From: Eledone cirrhosa
Taxonomy: Eukaryota
Length of the DNA stretch: 64,000 nucleotides
Reading direction: 5' to 3'
Assembly: GCA_964016885.1 (NCBI GenBank)
Contig: OZ024742.1
Coordinates: 160,766,001 to 160,830,000, forward strand
Numbering within the stretch: position 1 is the first letter of the stretch; every line of letters starts with the position of its first letter. Under the pieces are notes generated by a model. It searched no databases. It saw nothing but the letters and a program-made list of their open reading frames with translations, and was not told the DNA's origin. The translations under genes and the position numbers were made by a program. Below, one piece after another: positions 13,010 through 24,517 of the stretch.

Positions 13010-13232
13010 AGGGCGGTAGGTTTGCAGTATCGGTAGAGCATCGAGCACCCTGCTTCGTGGCATAGAGTTATGGTCCTTTACGTTCTGAGTTCAAATCCCG
13101 CCGAGGTTATCTTTGCCTTTCATCTTTACGGGGTCAATAAAATAAAGTACCAATAACGCACTGGGGTCTATGTAATTGACTTTACCGTCCTCCCAAATTG
13201 CTGGCCTTGTGCCTATAGTAGAAACAATTATT
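13010..13232 (+). mobile_element. tRNA-derived SINE, dominant family (Meta-domain-like core)
   Basis: A-box-like GCAGTATCGGTAGAG, B-box GAGTTCAAATCCC, core TTTGCCTTTCATC.TTACGGGGTC.ATAAAATAAAGTACC, tail GCTGGCCTTGTGCC..AGTAGAAACAATTATT. Confidence 0.85.
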
Positions 13233-13444
13233 GTGCCTTACGATTGTAGTAAATTATCTTTAACCCTTTTGATACCAAACCTGTCTGAAACCGGCCCTGG
13301 CTCTACAATACTAAGTTGTTTATTTAAAAGTGTTTTATCTATCTAAAAATCCTCATCAAAATTTCTGTAAAACTATCTGTTAAGTTATGTTCCAAACACT
13401 ATGTTAATAACTAGTAAGTTACATTACTTATACTGTTGTGAAAT

Positions 13445-13772
13445 AATTGTTTCTACTTTTGACACAAGGCCAGAAATTACCCAGTGTATTACTGGTACTT
13501 TATTTTATCGACCCCGTAAGGATGAAAGGCAAAGTTAATACTGTTATGAAATAATATTTGTTAAATTATACTCCAAATACTGCTAACTTAATAATTGTTT
13601 CTACTTTAGGAACAAGGTCAGCAATTACCCAGTGCATTACTGGTACTTTATTTAATCGACCCCGTAAGGATGAAAGGCAAAGTCAACCTTGGCGGGATTT
13701 GAACTCAGATCGTAAAGGGACGTAACTATGTTAGAAAGCATGGCCTCCGACCCTCTACCGATACTGCCAATC
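13445..13772 (-). mobile_element. Two SINE copies of the dominant family (one partial)
   Basis: Reverse complement of the 13010-13232 consensus. Confidence 0.85.
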
Positions 13773-14374
13773 TTAATAATGAGGAAGTTATTTATATTAC
13801 TTATACTTTTATGTAATAACATTTGAGAAATTGTACTCCAAACACCCGCTTAATAATGAGGAAGTTGGTTATATTACTAAATGCTTCCAAATTCTTTTCA
13901 AACATATTTGAAAATAATCGGCAGTGTATTTCGTTAAAAATATGGTAGCGAAACGGTTAAAGGTATAGAATACTCACAATCCAGGATATCCTACTATCTG
14001 ATAAAAGCATATATAGCTAGCTAGATTATTCAGACCATGATCGTTAAGAATGTTTATCACGGATTTACTTTCATTTTTATTCAGCAGAAACGCCTTCTCG
14101 AATATTCCTTTACTACTTTATCGTATTACATGATGTAATCTAGCAGAGGAATTAATGAGATCAGAGGTGAGCGCTTTGTGTGCAGCTGACTGAAATGGGT
14201 ACATTCCTTCTCGTGAATTACCATTACCTTAAGTTATCCGAGACCCAAGAGTGCTGAGGCAACATTACAGATACATAGACTCCAGTATCGACATCTTAAT
14301 GCTTGAACACTACAGAATGGATTTTCGTCAGTTTCTACGATGAACGTTCCAGTTGTACATAAATAGATAAATCA

Positions 14375-14645
14375 TACACACACATGTATGCATACATATA
14401 CACACACACATATATGAATACATATATACACACACATACATACACACATACAAAAATACACACACATGCATACACAATACAAATATACATACATACATTC
14501 ATACAAACATACTTACATACACACATACATACACAGAAACATACATACAAACATATACACACACATACACATGCATACATACATACATGCATACACACAC
14601 ACATACATGCACAATACAAGCATACGTACATACATGCATACACTT
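14375..14645. repeat. Degenerate (CA)/(CATA)n microsatellite
   Basis: Direct reading. Confidence 0.9.
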
Positions 14646-15036
14646 TGCTACGTAATATGTGTTAGACCTTCGTCGATTACGACGATGAGTAATCCAGTTG
14701 TTCGAACAACAGAACAGCATGCTCATTAAATTAAGGGGAAAGTTGCTGAACATTCACCATACAGTCTACCATTAACCTAATTCTCAGAGATGTGTTGTGA
14801 TTCAGTGGAACAAGACTAGCTCTTTGAATTACAAGTACAGTCAATCCGCCGGGCTTTCAAACAGGTTCCATCTTCCCAATTTCACTCACAATGCATGGTT
14901 TGAGTCGAGGATATGATAAATGACAATTGTCTAAGTTGACACGGACTGGGATCGAACCCGTGATCTTAATGATTCCGAGATGAAGTCCTTAACCATTCTG
15001 TTGTGCTACGTCCACTTTAACATTATACTGCGTTAC

Positions 15037-15490
15037 CGCGGCCCGCAGAACACAGGAAGACAAGCAAATAACGGAGATTATCCGGCCGCTTCCTCTTCGC
15101 ATACTTGGCGTACTTGGACCCCGCACTGCCCAGCTCCTCCGCAAGATCGAAGCGTCGGCAGTCCGTCTGAGGAGGGAGCCCCGCGATCTTGGGTGGCTGT
15201 TTCAGCGGGTGTCACTGGCCATCGTCCACGGGAGTGCTTTTGCCATCGTGTCAGCGGGACGCAGCACTTCTGCCCTCTTGCCCTAGGCCCAAAGCCCAAT
15301 CACCCTCCCCCTTCACCCCTCCCCTCTCTTCTGCGACGCCAGAGCTCTTGCCATCACCTCCCCTTCTCGTTCTTTTTCTTCTTTCTTTCTCTCTTTTTTT
15401 CTATATTTCCCTAGTCTTTCTTACCTTTCGCTTCCCCTTTTCTTTTTTTTTCATACTAAATGTTATTATAAATGATATAATATATACTAT
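15037..15490 (+). mobile_element. 3' end of a CRE-clade-like (RLE) non-LTR retrotransposon
   Basis: Manual translation LGVLGPRTAQLLRKIEASAVRLRREPRDLGWLFQRVSLAIVHGSAFAIVSAG..* (TAG 15284-15286) matches the CRE C-terminal pattern LG.LGP...LFQR.SLAI.RGNA. It forms a GC-rich island followed by a pyrimidine-rich UTR. Confidence 0.7.
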
Positions 15491-15509
15491 GTATATATTA
15501 AAAGAGATG

Positions 15510-15590
15510 TTATAGTGGTGACAAAAGATATTATAGTGGTGACAAAAGATATTATAGTGGTGACAAAAGATATTATAGTGGTGACAAAAA
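15510..15590. repeat. 21-bp minisatellite x4 (TTATAGTGGTGACAAAAGATA)
   Basis: Direct reading. Confidence 0.95.
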
Positions 15591-15736
15591 TCTTTCGATG
15601 GATTTTGTGATACTTTTTTCGGTATGAGCCGCAAACAGTGTCGTATGTTTATTTTTTTAAATTCAATTTGGATCAAAATATAATAGTTTTAACATTATAA
15701 ATGTCTATGTTTGTATATATATGCATGCATATATAT

Positions 15737-15823
<87 letters not shown>

Positions 15824-16084
15824 ATATTACAAATGGAAACTATATTTATAAAACCATATTTATTTCATTATACATATTTCAAGGGCCACCAAGACAAACT
15901 ATGGTGCGCTTTCATCAGATAAGATATAATATAGGTTAGTTATATAAATAAATATTGACATACCCTGAAAAAATGCTACCATTCTGGTTGGAATCTCCTG
16001 GAATCTCCAATAATTTGTTGAGTACTTTATATCAGTTATAAAAATATTTTGCTTGTTGTATCCCAACAAATTAAATATAACCTC

Positions 16085-16135
<51 letters not shown>

Positions 16136-16206
16136 ATACGCACACACATTCACACATATACATACATATACATATATATAGTATATAGATAGATAGATAT
16201 CATATA

Positions 16207-16352
16207 TATCTGAGTTCAAATCTCGCCGAGGTTAACTTTGCCTTTCATCCTTCCGGGGGTCGATGAAATAAAGTACCAGTAATACACTGGCTCTATTTAA
16301 TTGACTTTCCCCTCCTCCAAAATTGCTGGCCTTGTGCCTATATAAGAAACGA
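16207..16352 (+). mobile_element. SINE, dominant family, 5'-truncated
   Basis: Runs from the B-box through the tail. Confidence 0.8.
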
Positions 16353-16922
16353 TTATATATATATATATATTTTGTGTGTGTGTGTGTATGCGCGCGCGTG
16401 TATGCGTGTGTACGTGTGTGCGTATGTGTGTGTGTTTCAGTGTGTGTGTGTCGCTTCATTTCATTTTAGCAGTCGCAAATATATAGTAGAAGGAAAACAA
16501 ACGTTTTTTTCAATAAAATAAGCTGGTGACAAGCAATTTGGCGGAAAATATCTACAACTGTTGACTGAATACACGATTTACTCTTTGATTTTTTTCTTTT
16601 CTTTTTCAAAATGGTTCATTACAAGTGTCTACTTGTTTGTTTGTTTGTTTGTTTGTTTTTGTTTTCTTTTGGCATTTTTTGTTGTTTTTTGTCTATATCT
16701 CATAATTTTCTTTTGACATGACAAAGTACTTGTGTAAGGGGAACATATACAAACGCATGAACTAATTTTTGTATGAATAATTGCTTAAATCTGTTTCTTA
16801 GGATTAAAGTTTAGCTGGAAAAAACATCCCGGTAAAGCTTTTAAAGAAGGCAGCAAATTGGCAGAATTGTTAGAACGTCGGTCAGAATACTTTGCCGTAT
16901 TAGTTCCGTCTCTCTGTGCTCT

Positions 16923-17305
16923 CCAAAAGGTTTGCGGTCGTGCCCTTGGCAGTGGCGACTTCTGGTGTACTTGGCCCTAGGGCTACATCCTTACTTAACC
17001 CCCTAGGCGCTGAGATGGCCAGCTGCAGGTGTGAGCTTCACGAGTTGGAATGACTCTTCCAGCGCATCTCCTTTACCATCCTCCGGGGAAACGCCTTCTC
17101 CATTCTGTCCGCCGGGGCTGTGGGGCGGCCACACAGAGAGATGGGGAGGGCCAGAGAGATGAGGAGGGCCAGAGAGATGGAGAGGGCGAGAGAGATGGAG
17201 GTGCTGACAGTGGGAATTCTGTTCTTCCGTGTTCGGACACATTGGTAAGCACTTGGAATATGGTTTATCGAAACATTGTCATGAATGTAAACGATATATT
17301 TAAAT
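16923..17305 (+). mobile_element. 3' end of a second CRE-like element, inserted into an old SINE
   Basis: Manual translation KRFAVVPLAVATSGVLGPRATSLL...E*LFQRISFTILRGNAFSILSAG. SINE head at ~16847-16922; SINE core resumes at ~17309. Confidence 0.7.
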
Positions 17306-18290
17306 AGTGAGATCACCTTTAACTTTTATCCTTCCGAGATCGATAAAGAAGTAGCAGTCCCGTATTAAGGGTCGATTCTTAAATTGCTCAAATATGCCAT
17401 ATATCATGATGGCGTCTCTTCGATTCCATCAGGAGCTACGAGTCCAAACAAAGCTTGTAAAAACTCATAACTAAAGATCAACAATTTTGGGGAGGGGCGA
17501 AAGTCGATTAAATCGACACCAGTGTGTTACTGGTACTTTATTTCATCGACCCTGTAAGGATGAAAGGTAAGGCTAGTTAATAATGTAATTTAAATCTCTT
17601 CTATAATTTAATTATCTTGTAATTTTTCTTTAATACTTAAGACTTTAAAATAACTTAGGAACGATAACTCTTTATGTAGTGTGAAGGCTTAGGTCGATCG
17701 ATATGGATATTAATTGAGAAAAATGTCCACTTTTTTCACGTCACTAAGGGTAATTTGCCCAACTTTCTCAACTATTATCTATAGGGATCGACTATTAGTA
17801 TGGTTATTTGCTGTTTGGAACTTTCGCATTTTCAAGTTTAAAAATTTTTTTTCTATCTTTTCTTTACCGAAGAAAATTGTTTTAAATAAATTGTTCCAAG
17901 CCTCACATATTTTATGAAATAATTTCTTCCATAATCGTGCACGTGAGGTGTTGGGCTTCTTCCGTAGATGATGCATAAAACGTAATTGACGAAGTTTCCT
18001 ATGTTAGTGTATGTAACTTATACAATAAAACGAAAGGTTAGACGAGTAAAAGGGCTGTAAATACTATGTGGTATCACTTTTAATTAACAATAGCATCAGT
18101 TTGAGAGGAACACGTGTGAAACACTAAAGCACTAAAATACAGATTGTTGCTCAGGAAGTCGCTTGATTTACTACATTCAGGATAATATCACGAGCATTGA
18201 AAGTAATTGCTCTCAAAAGAAACGATCATCATCAGAATCATCAACAGCAGCAACAACAGCGGCAACAGCATTATTATTATTATTATTATT

Positions 18291-18849
18291 GTTCTTTGAT
18301 TCTCAGTCATTGATGTTATTTAACTGGAAAGTTTGTATTAAATGAATATCAAGCCGCTACCTGCAGCCTCAGATATTCAGGACGTATCGGAGGGTTCTTG
18401 CTGTTCCAAGCAAGCATGCCTTTTGAAGTGTTCCAAAAAGCGGGGCGGGACCAATTTTCTTTAACCATCCATGGAAACTCTTTCAGATAGTACCTAGTGC
18501 GCCTATGACAAGCGGGACCACTTTGACCTCATGGCAGTTCCAAATCCTTTTTACCTCCCACTTTAAGTCCTGGTATCGGTTAATTTTCTCCCTCTCCTTC
18601 TCTTGCACTCTCGTGTCGAATGGGCAGGCCACATCCACAATCAGGCACGATATTTTTCCCTTGTCCAAAACCACCAGGTCAGGTCTATTGTGTTCCAGTT
18701 TCTTGTCCGTCTGTATCCTAAAATCCCACAGCACCTTTACCTGATCGTTTTCTATCACCGACTCTGGCTTCTGCTCATACCACTTCTCAGAATGTGGTAA
18801 ATTGTTTACTTTGCATAGGTACCAGTGGATCACCCTGCCCATCACATCA

Positions 18850-18850
<1 letters not shown>
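18291..18850 (-). mobile_element. 5'-truncated R4/Dong-clade element (RLE domain plus 3' UTR)
   Basis: ORF 18483-18845: RPDLVVLD...IVDVACP...KEREKINRYQDL..VIGALG. (TTA)n at 18271-18290 and 18851-18880. Confidence 0.9.
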
Positions 18851-18880
<30 letters not shown>

Positions 18881-18882
<2 letters not shown>

Positions 18883-21800
18883 AGTTGCATTTATCTTGCT
18901 TTATGTTCATACGAGTTATCACCAAGTCACAACCAGTGACCTCAAGAGACAACAAGGTCCGCCATGTTCAAGAAAGAACATACATATTCACACATGCATC
19001 TTTAGTGTTTAGACTTGTGATGTACTTATACTGACAGAATCTTCCTTAGTATATGGGCAGTTCCCATTAGTACTATCTTTTGTATTTCTCCTATACGCGG
19101 GTTTCCTGGGATTTGCGATATGTAATCATTAGACACCTTAGGTATCATTCCCAGAGCACCTACAACCACTAGTATTGTTTTAGTTCTCAATTTCCACATT
19201 TTTCCAATTTCTATCTCCAGGTCCTTATACTTGCTCAATTGTTCAAATGTTTTTATAGATACATTCTTGTCTATTGGAACAGACATATCAATTAGCAGGC
19301 ATACCCTCTTTTGAAAGTCTTTCAATATTATATCAGGTCTGTTTGCATCTATTTTTCGGTCTGTTTGGATGCTAAAGTTCCACAAGATTGAGATGTGATC
19401 TTTTTCAAGTATGGGAGGTGGTTGATGCTCCCACCAATTCTTTTGATGGGGCAGGTCAAAATGCTTACACATTATCCAATGTATGTATTGTGCAGCTCTG
19501 TCATGCCTGTTTAGGTATTCGGTTGGAGCTATAGGACTGCACATTGAAATTATATGGTCAATGGTCTCTGGTTGTTTTTTGCATACACGGCATAATGGGC
19601 TGCACCCATTTTTTATTATGTTGGCTTGGTAATTTTTTGTTGGCAGACACTGATCTTGTGCCGATATAATCAGTCCTTCAGTTTCCGATTTCAGTCCAGA
19701 GGATGCCAACCACTGATGGGTTAAAGTTTTGTCAACATCAGGATTGTTAGCTCGCTCTGGGTATTTTCCATACAGAGGCTTTTCTTGCCATTTCTTAGCC
19801 AGTTTCTGTAGCAGTTCTTTCTTTGCAGTTACTTTTACCTGCTTTGCTTTTTCTGTGTTTTCCATTTCAGCAGTAAATGGGACTTCTGAAATTTGTAGTC
19901 CATTACTGTATCTTTGTGCATCTTTTGTAATGGAATATGATCTTTTGATGCTTTCGTGTTTCAAAACGAGTTTGATCATCCAATCATGTGATTCCCTTAG
20001 ATATGTAGATAATCCAATTGTTGCAATTTTCAACGCAATGTCTAACTGGATTAACCCACGTCCTCCTTCTTTCCTAGGGAGATATATTCTATCTATGTCT
20101 GCTTTAGGGTGATGCATTCTGTGCATGGTTAAGAATTTTCGAATTTTTGTATCGAGCCTACGGATCTCTGTGCTTGACCAGTTGATGACATTGTAACTGT
20201 AGGTTACTACTGGTATGGCAAGCGTGTTTATGGCATCGATCCTATTCCTTGCATTCAATTCCGTTCTTAAGATTGCTCTTACTCTGCGGTAACATTCCTT
20301 CCTTATCCTTTCCCTCATTGTCGAGTGCTTGATTCCGTCTCCTTCACAAACACCTAGATATTTGTAAGTTTTTTCTTGATCAAGTTCTCTTATCACGTTC
20401 CCCCGATCAAGATTAATGTCTGAACTCTTCAGCAGCTTTCCTCTGGTGAACGTTGCTTTGGCGCATTTATCTAGTCCAAACTCCATTTTAATATCATCAC
20501 TGAACTGCTTCACAGTGGATAATAGCCCTTGCAATTGTTCATCATTTTTTGCAAATAGTTTCAGGTCATCCATGTAGAACAGGTGATTAATGGTTTTGTC
20601 ATAGACTTTATATCCATGTTTTGTTTCATTGAGCATTTTACTTAATGGTATAAGTGCGATGCAGAATAAAAGCGGTGATAAAGAGTCACCCTGAAAAATT
20701 CCACAATTAATATTAACTTCTCCAGCTTCCAGTGATTTTGTTTCACTATTCAAAAGGAGTGTTGTTTTCCATGTCTTCATACTGAATGACAAAAACCTCC
20801 TGACAACGGGGGATACTTTGAAAATCTCTAAACATTTTCCAATCCAACTGTGTGGCAAACTATCAAATGCTTTTTTATAATCTATCCAAGCAATCGATAG
20901 ATTTTTGTGTCTATTATGACAATCTTCCAGTATCATTTTGTTAACCAGAAGCTGATCCTTATAGCCATATGAGCCTCGTTTACACCCTTTCTGCTCAATG
21001 GGAAATAGATCATTTGTTATCAGGTGGTCATATGTGTATTCAGTTAGGACTGGTGTTAAAGTTTTATACATTGTGGTCAAGCAAGTTATCGGTCTGTAAT
21101 TTTTGGGATTGTTTGTCTCATCATTCTTCGGAAGCAGGAATGTAATGCCGTTAACTAGCCATGAAGGTATCTTTTCTGGCTCCTTAACTATTTCATTGTA
21201 AAGTTGGGCTAACAGCTCATGAGACTCTGTGAAGGCATTTATCCAAAAGTTTTGTATTTTGTCTTTTCCTGGGGATTTCCATTTGCTGGTTTTTCTTAGA
21301 GCCAAGCGCAACTGTTCAACTGTTATATTTTCCCATGTTTGTTCCTCAAGGTGAGCTGTATCTTTCATTTGTCTCTCTATCCATGGGGCATGTATGTTAT
21401 GAAATTTTTCTTGGGCCCAGATATTTTCCCAGAATTCTTGCACTTCCTCCTTGGGTGGTATTGATTTAGCAGTTATTGTTGACTTACCAATTTTTCTGTA
21501 GAAGTTTCTTTGGTTGTTTTTGAACATATTATTGTCCTTATAGAATCTAGATCGTTTTTCAAAGCGCCTGGTACGAGCAGCTTTGGCCGACACTTTTTGC
21601 TTGATTATTTCTATCAGCATGTCTATGTCACATGTTGATTTTATACTGTACTTTTTTTTCAATTTTCTTAGTTTAGTTTGTTTAACATGTTCACCTACTT
21701 TATAGTTTGTTAAAATTTCTATGTCAGATCGGAGAAGGTTTATTTGGCGATTGATGTTCTCTTGCCAAGTAGATTTCTTGTGGGAATTCCTTTGTTTTTT

Positions 21801-22934
21801 CATCTTCACTCCACATAAGTGAGTGGTGACTTTAGCCCATGCATAATAGAGATGATTTAAATCAGTAATGTTTAGTTTGTTTGTGATGATAATGTTTTTG
21901 AGAATTATGTTAGTCTTGTGTATTATCTTTTGGTTCTGTTTGGAGTTCTGGATCTTAGGGAGGGTGTCTCGTTGCCCCATGTCAGATTCTTTCATTTTCA
22001 TCCATTCGATCATAATTTCATCCTTCAAGTTGGCAAGTTCATTCTCATTCATTTCTTTATCATTTACGATCTCATTATTTTCATTTGGAGTTTCATCCTG
22101 AGCATGCACTCCCTCCACTTTTTCGATCCTTTCTTTAATTTGTTCTGTTGCCAGTGATTCCGCCCCAACCCTGGGATTCGAAGTGTTACAGTTTACCTCG
22201 TTTTCACTGACACATGTTTCATTTTCCCTTCGCTGACTTTGTGCTAATAGCTTGATCTGATCAATTTCTATATCAGTTAGTAACTTTTTTCTTACAATAT
22301 TTCTTCGTATATTGGCTAGTTTGTTACTGTCAATATAGCCTCTGTTTTCGGGATGTTTCTTTTTCCAGTTGATATATGTCTGTTCTGTATTCGATGTATT
22401 TGATGGGTAGTACATGGCAGTGTAGAAAGCCTCAAGGACTTCTTTATTATCTTCCCTTGACCATTTTTCTCTCTTTTTCTTTGGATTTCTTGGTGGTGAG
22501 CATGGAGGGCCAACAGTAGGAGTATTCCGGTTATGGGAGGTCTCCAGCTCCGAAGTGATGGGAAGGTTTGAACCATTAGCTGATTTTTCGACCCCAGTCT
22601 GGTTCCTCTCTGAGGGACGCGGCCCTTTTTTACCCGGGTGACGGCCGATCCGGTATGAGATTTTATCATTAGACATTTACTTTATTTTGTCGCGTTTTAT
22701 CCTTATCCGCCAAGGGGTAATCATTTCGTGTTACCACTTCTAGAACGAGTGTCAACCAAGACTAGAGGGGTCGTTCTCCCCTAGAGACACGGCTATTCCC
22801 CGCCGGCCGCTATCCCGGTATTTCTTGGTCACGGGGTTTTCTTTTTGTTGTTTTTTTTAAATTGTTATTATCATGAGTGGTTCCTTAATGTGAGCATTGC
22901 GTGGCTTAAGAATGAACTTATTAATAATTGTCTC
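18881..22934 (-). mobile_element. Full-length R4/Dong-clade non-LTR retrotransposon in a (TAA)n microsatellite
   Basis: Single long ORF with (TTA)n runs on both sides (18851-18880, 22935-22982). The 5' boundary is approximate. Confidence 0.9.
19026..22676 (-). CDS. RT + CCHC + restriction-like endonuclease polyprotein (1216 aa), R4/Dong clade
   Basis: YRPITCL, WIDYKKAFDS, GIFQGDSLSPLLF, LFYMDDLK, CRVC..ETIDHIISMC, RHD, RPD..LIDMSVP, KYKDL. The frame is uninterrupted. Confidence 0.95.
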   Translation of the reverse strand: MSNDKISYRIGRHPGKKGPRPSERNQTGVEKSANGSNLPITSELETSHNRNTPTVGPPCSPPRNPKKKREKWSREDNKEVLEAFYTAMYYPSNTSNTEQTYINWKKKHPENRGYIDSNKLANIRRNIVRKKLLTDIEIDQIKLLAQSQRRENETCVSENEVNCNTSNPRVGAESLATEQIKERIEKVEGVHAQDETPNENNEIVNDKEMNENELANLKDEIMIEWMKMKESDMGQRDTLPKIQNSKQNQKIIHKTNIILKNIIITNKLNITDLNHLYYAWAKVTTHLCGVKMKKQRNSHKKSTWQENINRQINLLRSDIEILTNYKVGEHVKQTKLRKLKKKYSIKSTCDIDMLIEIIKQKVSAKAARTRRFEKRSRFYKDNNMFKNNQRNFYRKIGKSTITAKSIPPKEEVQEFWENIWAQEKFHNIHAPWIERQMKDTAHLEEQTWENITVEQLRLALRKTSKWKSPGKDKIQNFWINAFTESHELLAQLYNEIVKEPEKIPSWLVNGITFLLPKNDETNNPKNYRPITCLTTMYKTLTPVLTEYTYDHLITNDLFPIEQKGCKRGSYGYKDQLLVNKMILEDCHNRHKNLSIAWIDYKKAFDSLPHSWIGKCLEIFKVSPVVRRFLSFSMKTWKTTLLLNSETKSLEAGEVNINCGIFQGDSLSPLLFCIALIPLSKMLNETKHGYKVYDKTINHLFYMDDLKLFAKNDEQLQGLLSTVKQFSDDIKMEFGLDKCAKATFTRGKLLKSSDINLDRGNVIRELDQEKTYKYLGVCEGDGIKHSTMRERIRKECYRRVRAILRTELNARNRIDAINTLAIPVVTYSYNVINWSSTEIRRLDTKIRKFLTMHRMHHPKADIDRIYLPRKEGGRGLIQLDIALKIATIGLSTYLRESHDWMIKLVLKHESIKRSYSITKDAQRYSNGLQISEVPFTAEMENTEKAKQVKVTAKKELLQKLAKKWQEKPLYGKYPERANNPDVDKTLTHQWLASSGLKSETEGLIISAQDQCLPTKNYQANIIKNGCSPLCRVCKKQPETIDHIISMCSPIAPTEYLNRHDRAAQYIHWIMCKHFDLPHQKNWWEHQPPPILEKDHISILWNFSIQTDRKIDANRPDIILKDFQKRVCLLIDMSVPIDKNVSIKTFEQLSKYKDLEIEIGKMWKLRTKTILVVVGALGMIPKVSNDYISQIPGNPRIGEIQKIVLMGTAHILRKILSV

Positions 22935-22982
<48 letters not shown>

Positions 22983-22984
22983 GG

Positions 22985-23385
22985 GTTGTAAAGGGCAGTG
23001 GATTAGATGAGTCGTTACAGCGTCGGACAAAATGCTTTAAGATATTTATTTCGGCGTTCAAAACGGAGTCCATAAAATAAAATACCAGTAATATACTAGG
23101 GCCATTTTAATCGACCCCCCCACCCACCCCCCACTTGACCTTGTGCCAAAAGTAGAAACAATTATCAGAGTAATGGATTGGTAGAGTCGTTAGAGTGCCG
23201 AACAAATACTTACCAGCATTTATTCCGATATTTTACGTTCTGAGTTCAAATCCCACCAAGGTCAACTTTGCCTTTCATCATTACGGGGTCGATACAATAA
23301 AGTATCAGTAATGCACTGGGATCGATTTAACGGATTTTTTCCTTCCCTTCAAATTGCTGACCTTGTGCCAAAAGTAGAAACAATT
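22985..23385 (+). mobile_element. Two tandem SINE copies
   Basis: Heads at ~22995 and ~23172, tails AGTAGAAACAATTA. Confidence 0.8.
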
Positions 23386-24115
23386 AATACTATTGCAATC
23401 ACTATTAATACTGAAACGTATATCTCACAGTGACTTCAGAATTCACTTCGAAATACTTAGTTTCATGTGTTTTAGGCAATTTATTCTAAGCTGAACCACT
23501 GATCTACTAAGGTATATTTACTGTCTCAAATGACACGAATTTCCCTAAATTATACAGTGGAATGTGTGAGAAGAAGCCGGTACCATAAATTACCCTTTTG
23601 GCAAAAGAAACAGCGTAGTGTTATTGAGTTACATATGGCTTTCGAAAGATCATAACATGAGTAATTTTAATATCATCTGGTTTAAACTGTACTTCAGCAA
23701 CAAACTCATAGCCATGATCAAATTTCTGTGACCTCTGTTATGATCAAGAAAACTACTAAATCCTCCCTAAATCGTCAAATTCCTTGAAAACAAGATCAGA
23801 ATTCATTTCTAAATATTGTCATGAAAATAAACTCCATCTCTTGGAGTAAGGGAAATAAATCAATAATCTTCATGGAAATAATAAGCTAATTCTTTCAATT
23901 ACAAAACAATTTCCAAGTTCGTAATTTTTGTTTGATTATATGTTTTCAGCTTTCTAATCAATATGTTTATTAATTAGTATATCAAACTGATGAATGATGG
24001 ATCATCTGTCAGTTTCTGCAAGGAATGCTTAATTGTTCCATCAACTAGACGTCCGACCCATAAATTAACATGTAAGTGTACTCATAACGTAATTTTCAGG
24101 CAGAATCATGTGAAT

Positions 24116-24116
<1 letters not shown>

Positions 24117-24186
<70 letters not shown>

Positions 24187-24194
24187 CTCTTTCG

Positions 24195-24246
<52 letters not shown>

Positions 24247-24259
24247 CGAAAATATTCTT

Positions 24260-24352
<93 letters not shown>

Positions 24353-24382
24353 CACACACACACATATATATATATGCATATA

Positions 24383-24456
<74 letters not shown>

Positions 24457-24482
24457 CACACACACATATATATATGCGTATA

Positions 24483-24514
<32 letters not shown>
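24117..24514. repeat. Compound (TA)n/(CA)n/(TC)n microsatellite block
   Basis: Direct reading. Confidence 0.95.

Positions 24515-24517
<3 letters not shown>

Noticed and set aside
13010-13105. tRNA gene
   Set aside because: A/B-box head of a high-copy SINE; the spacing and continuation into the SINE core do not fit a cloverleaf.
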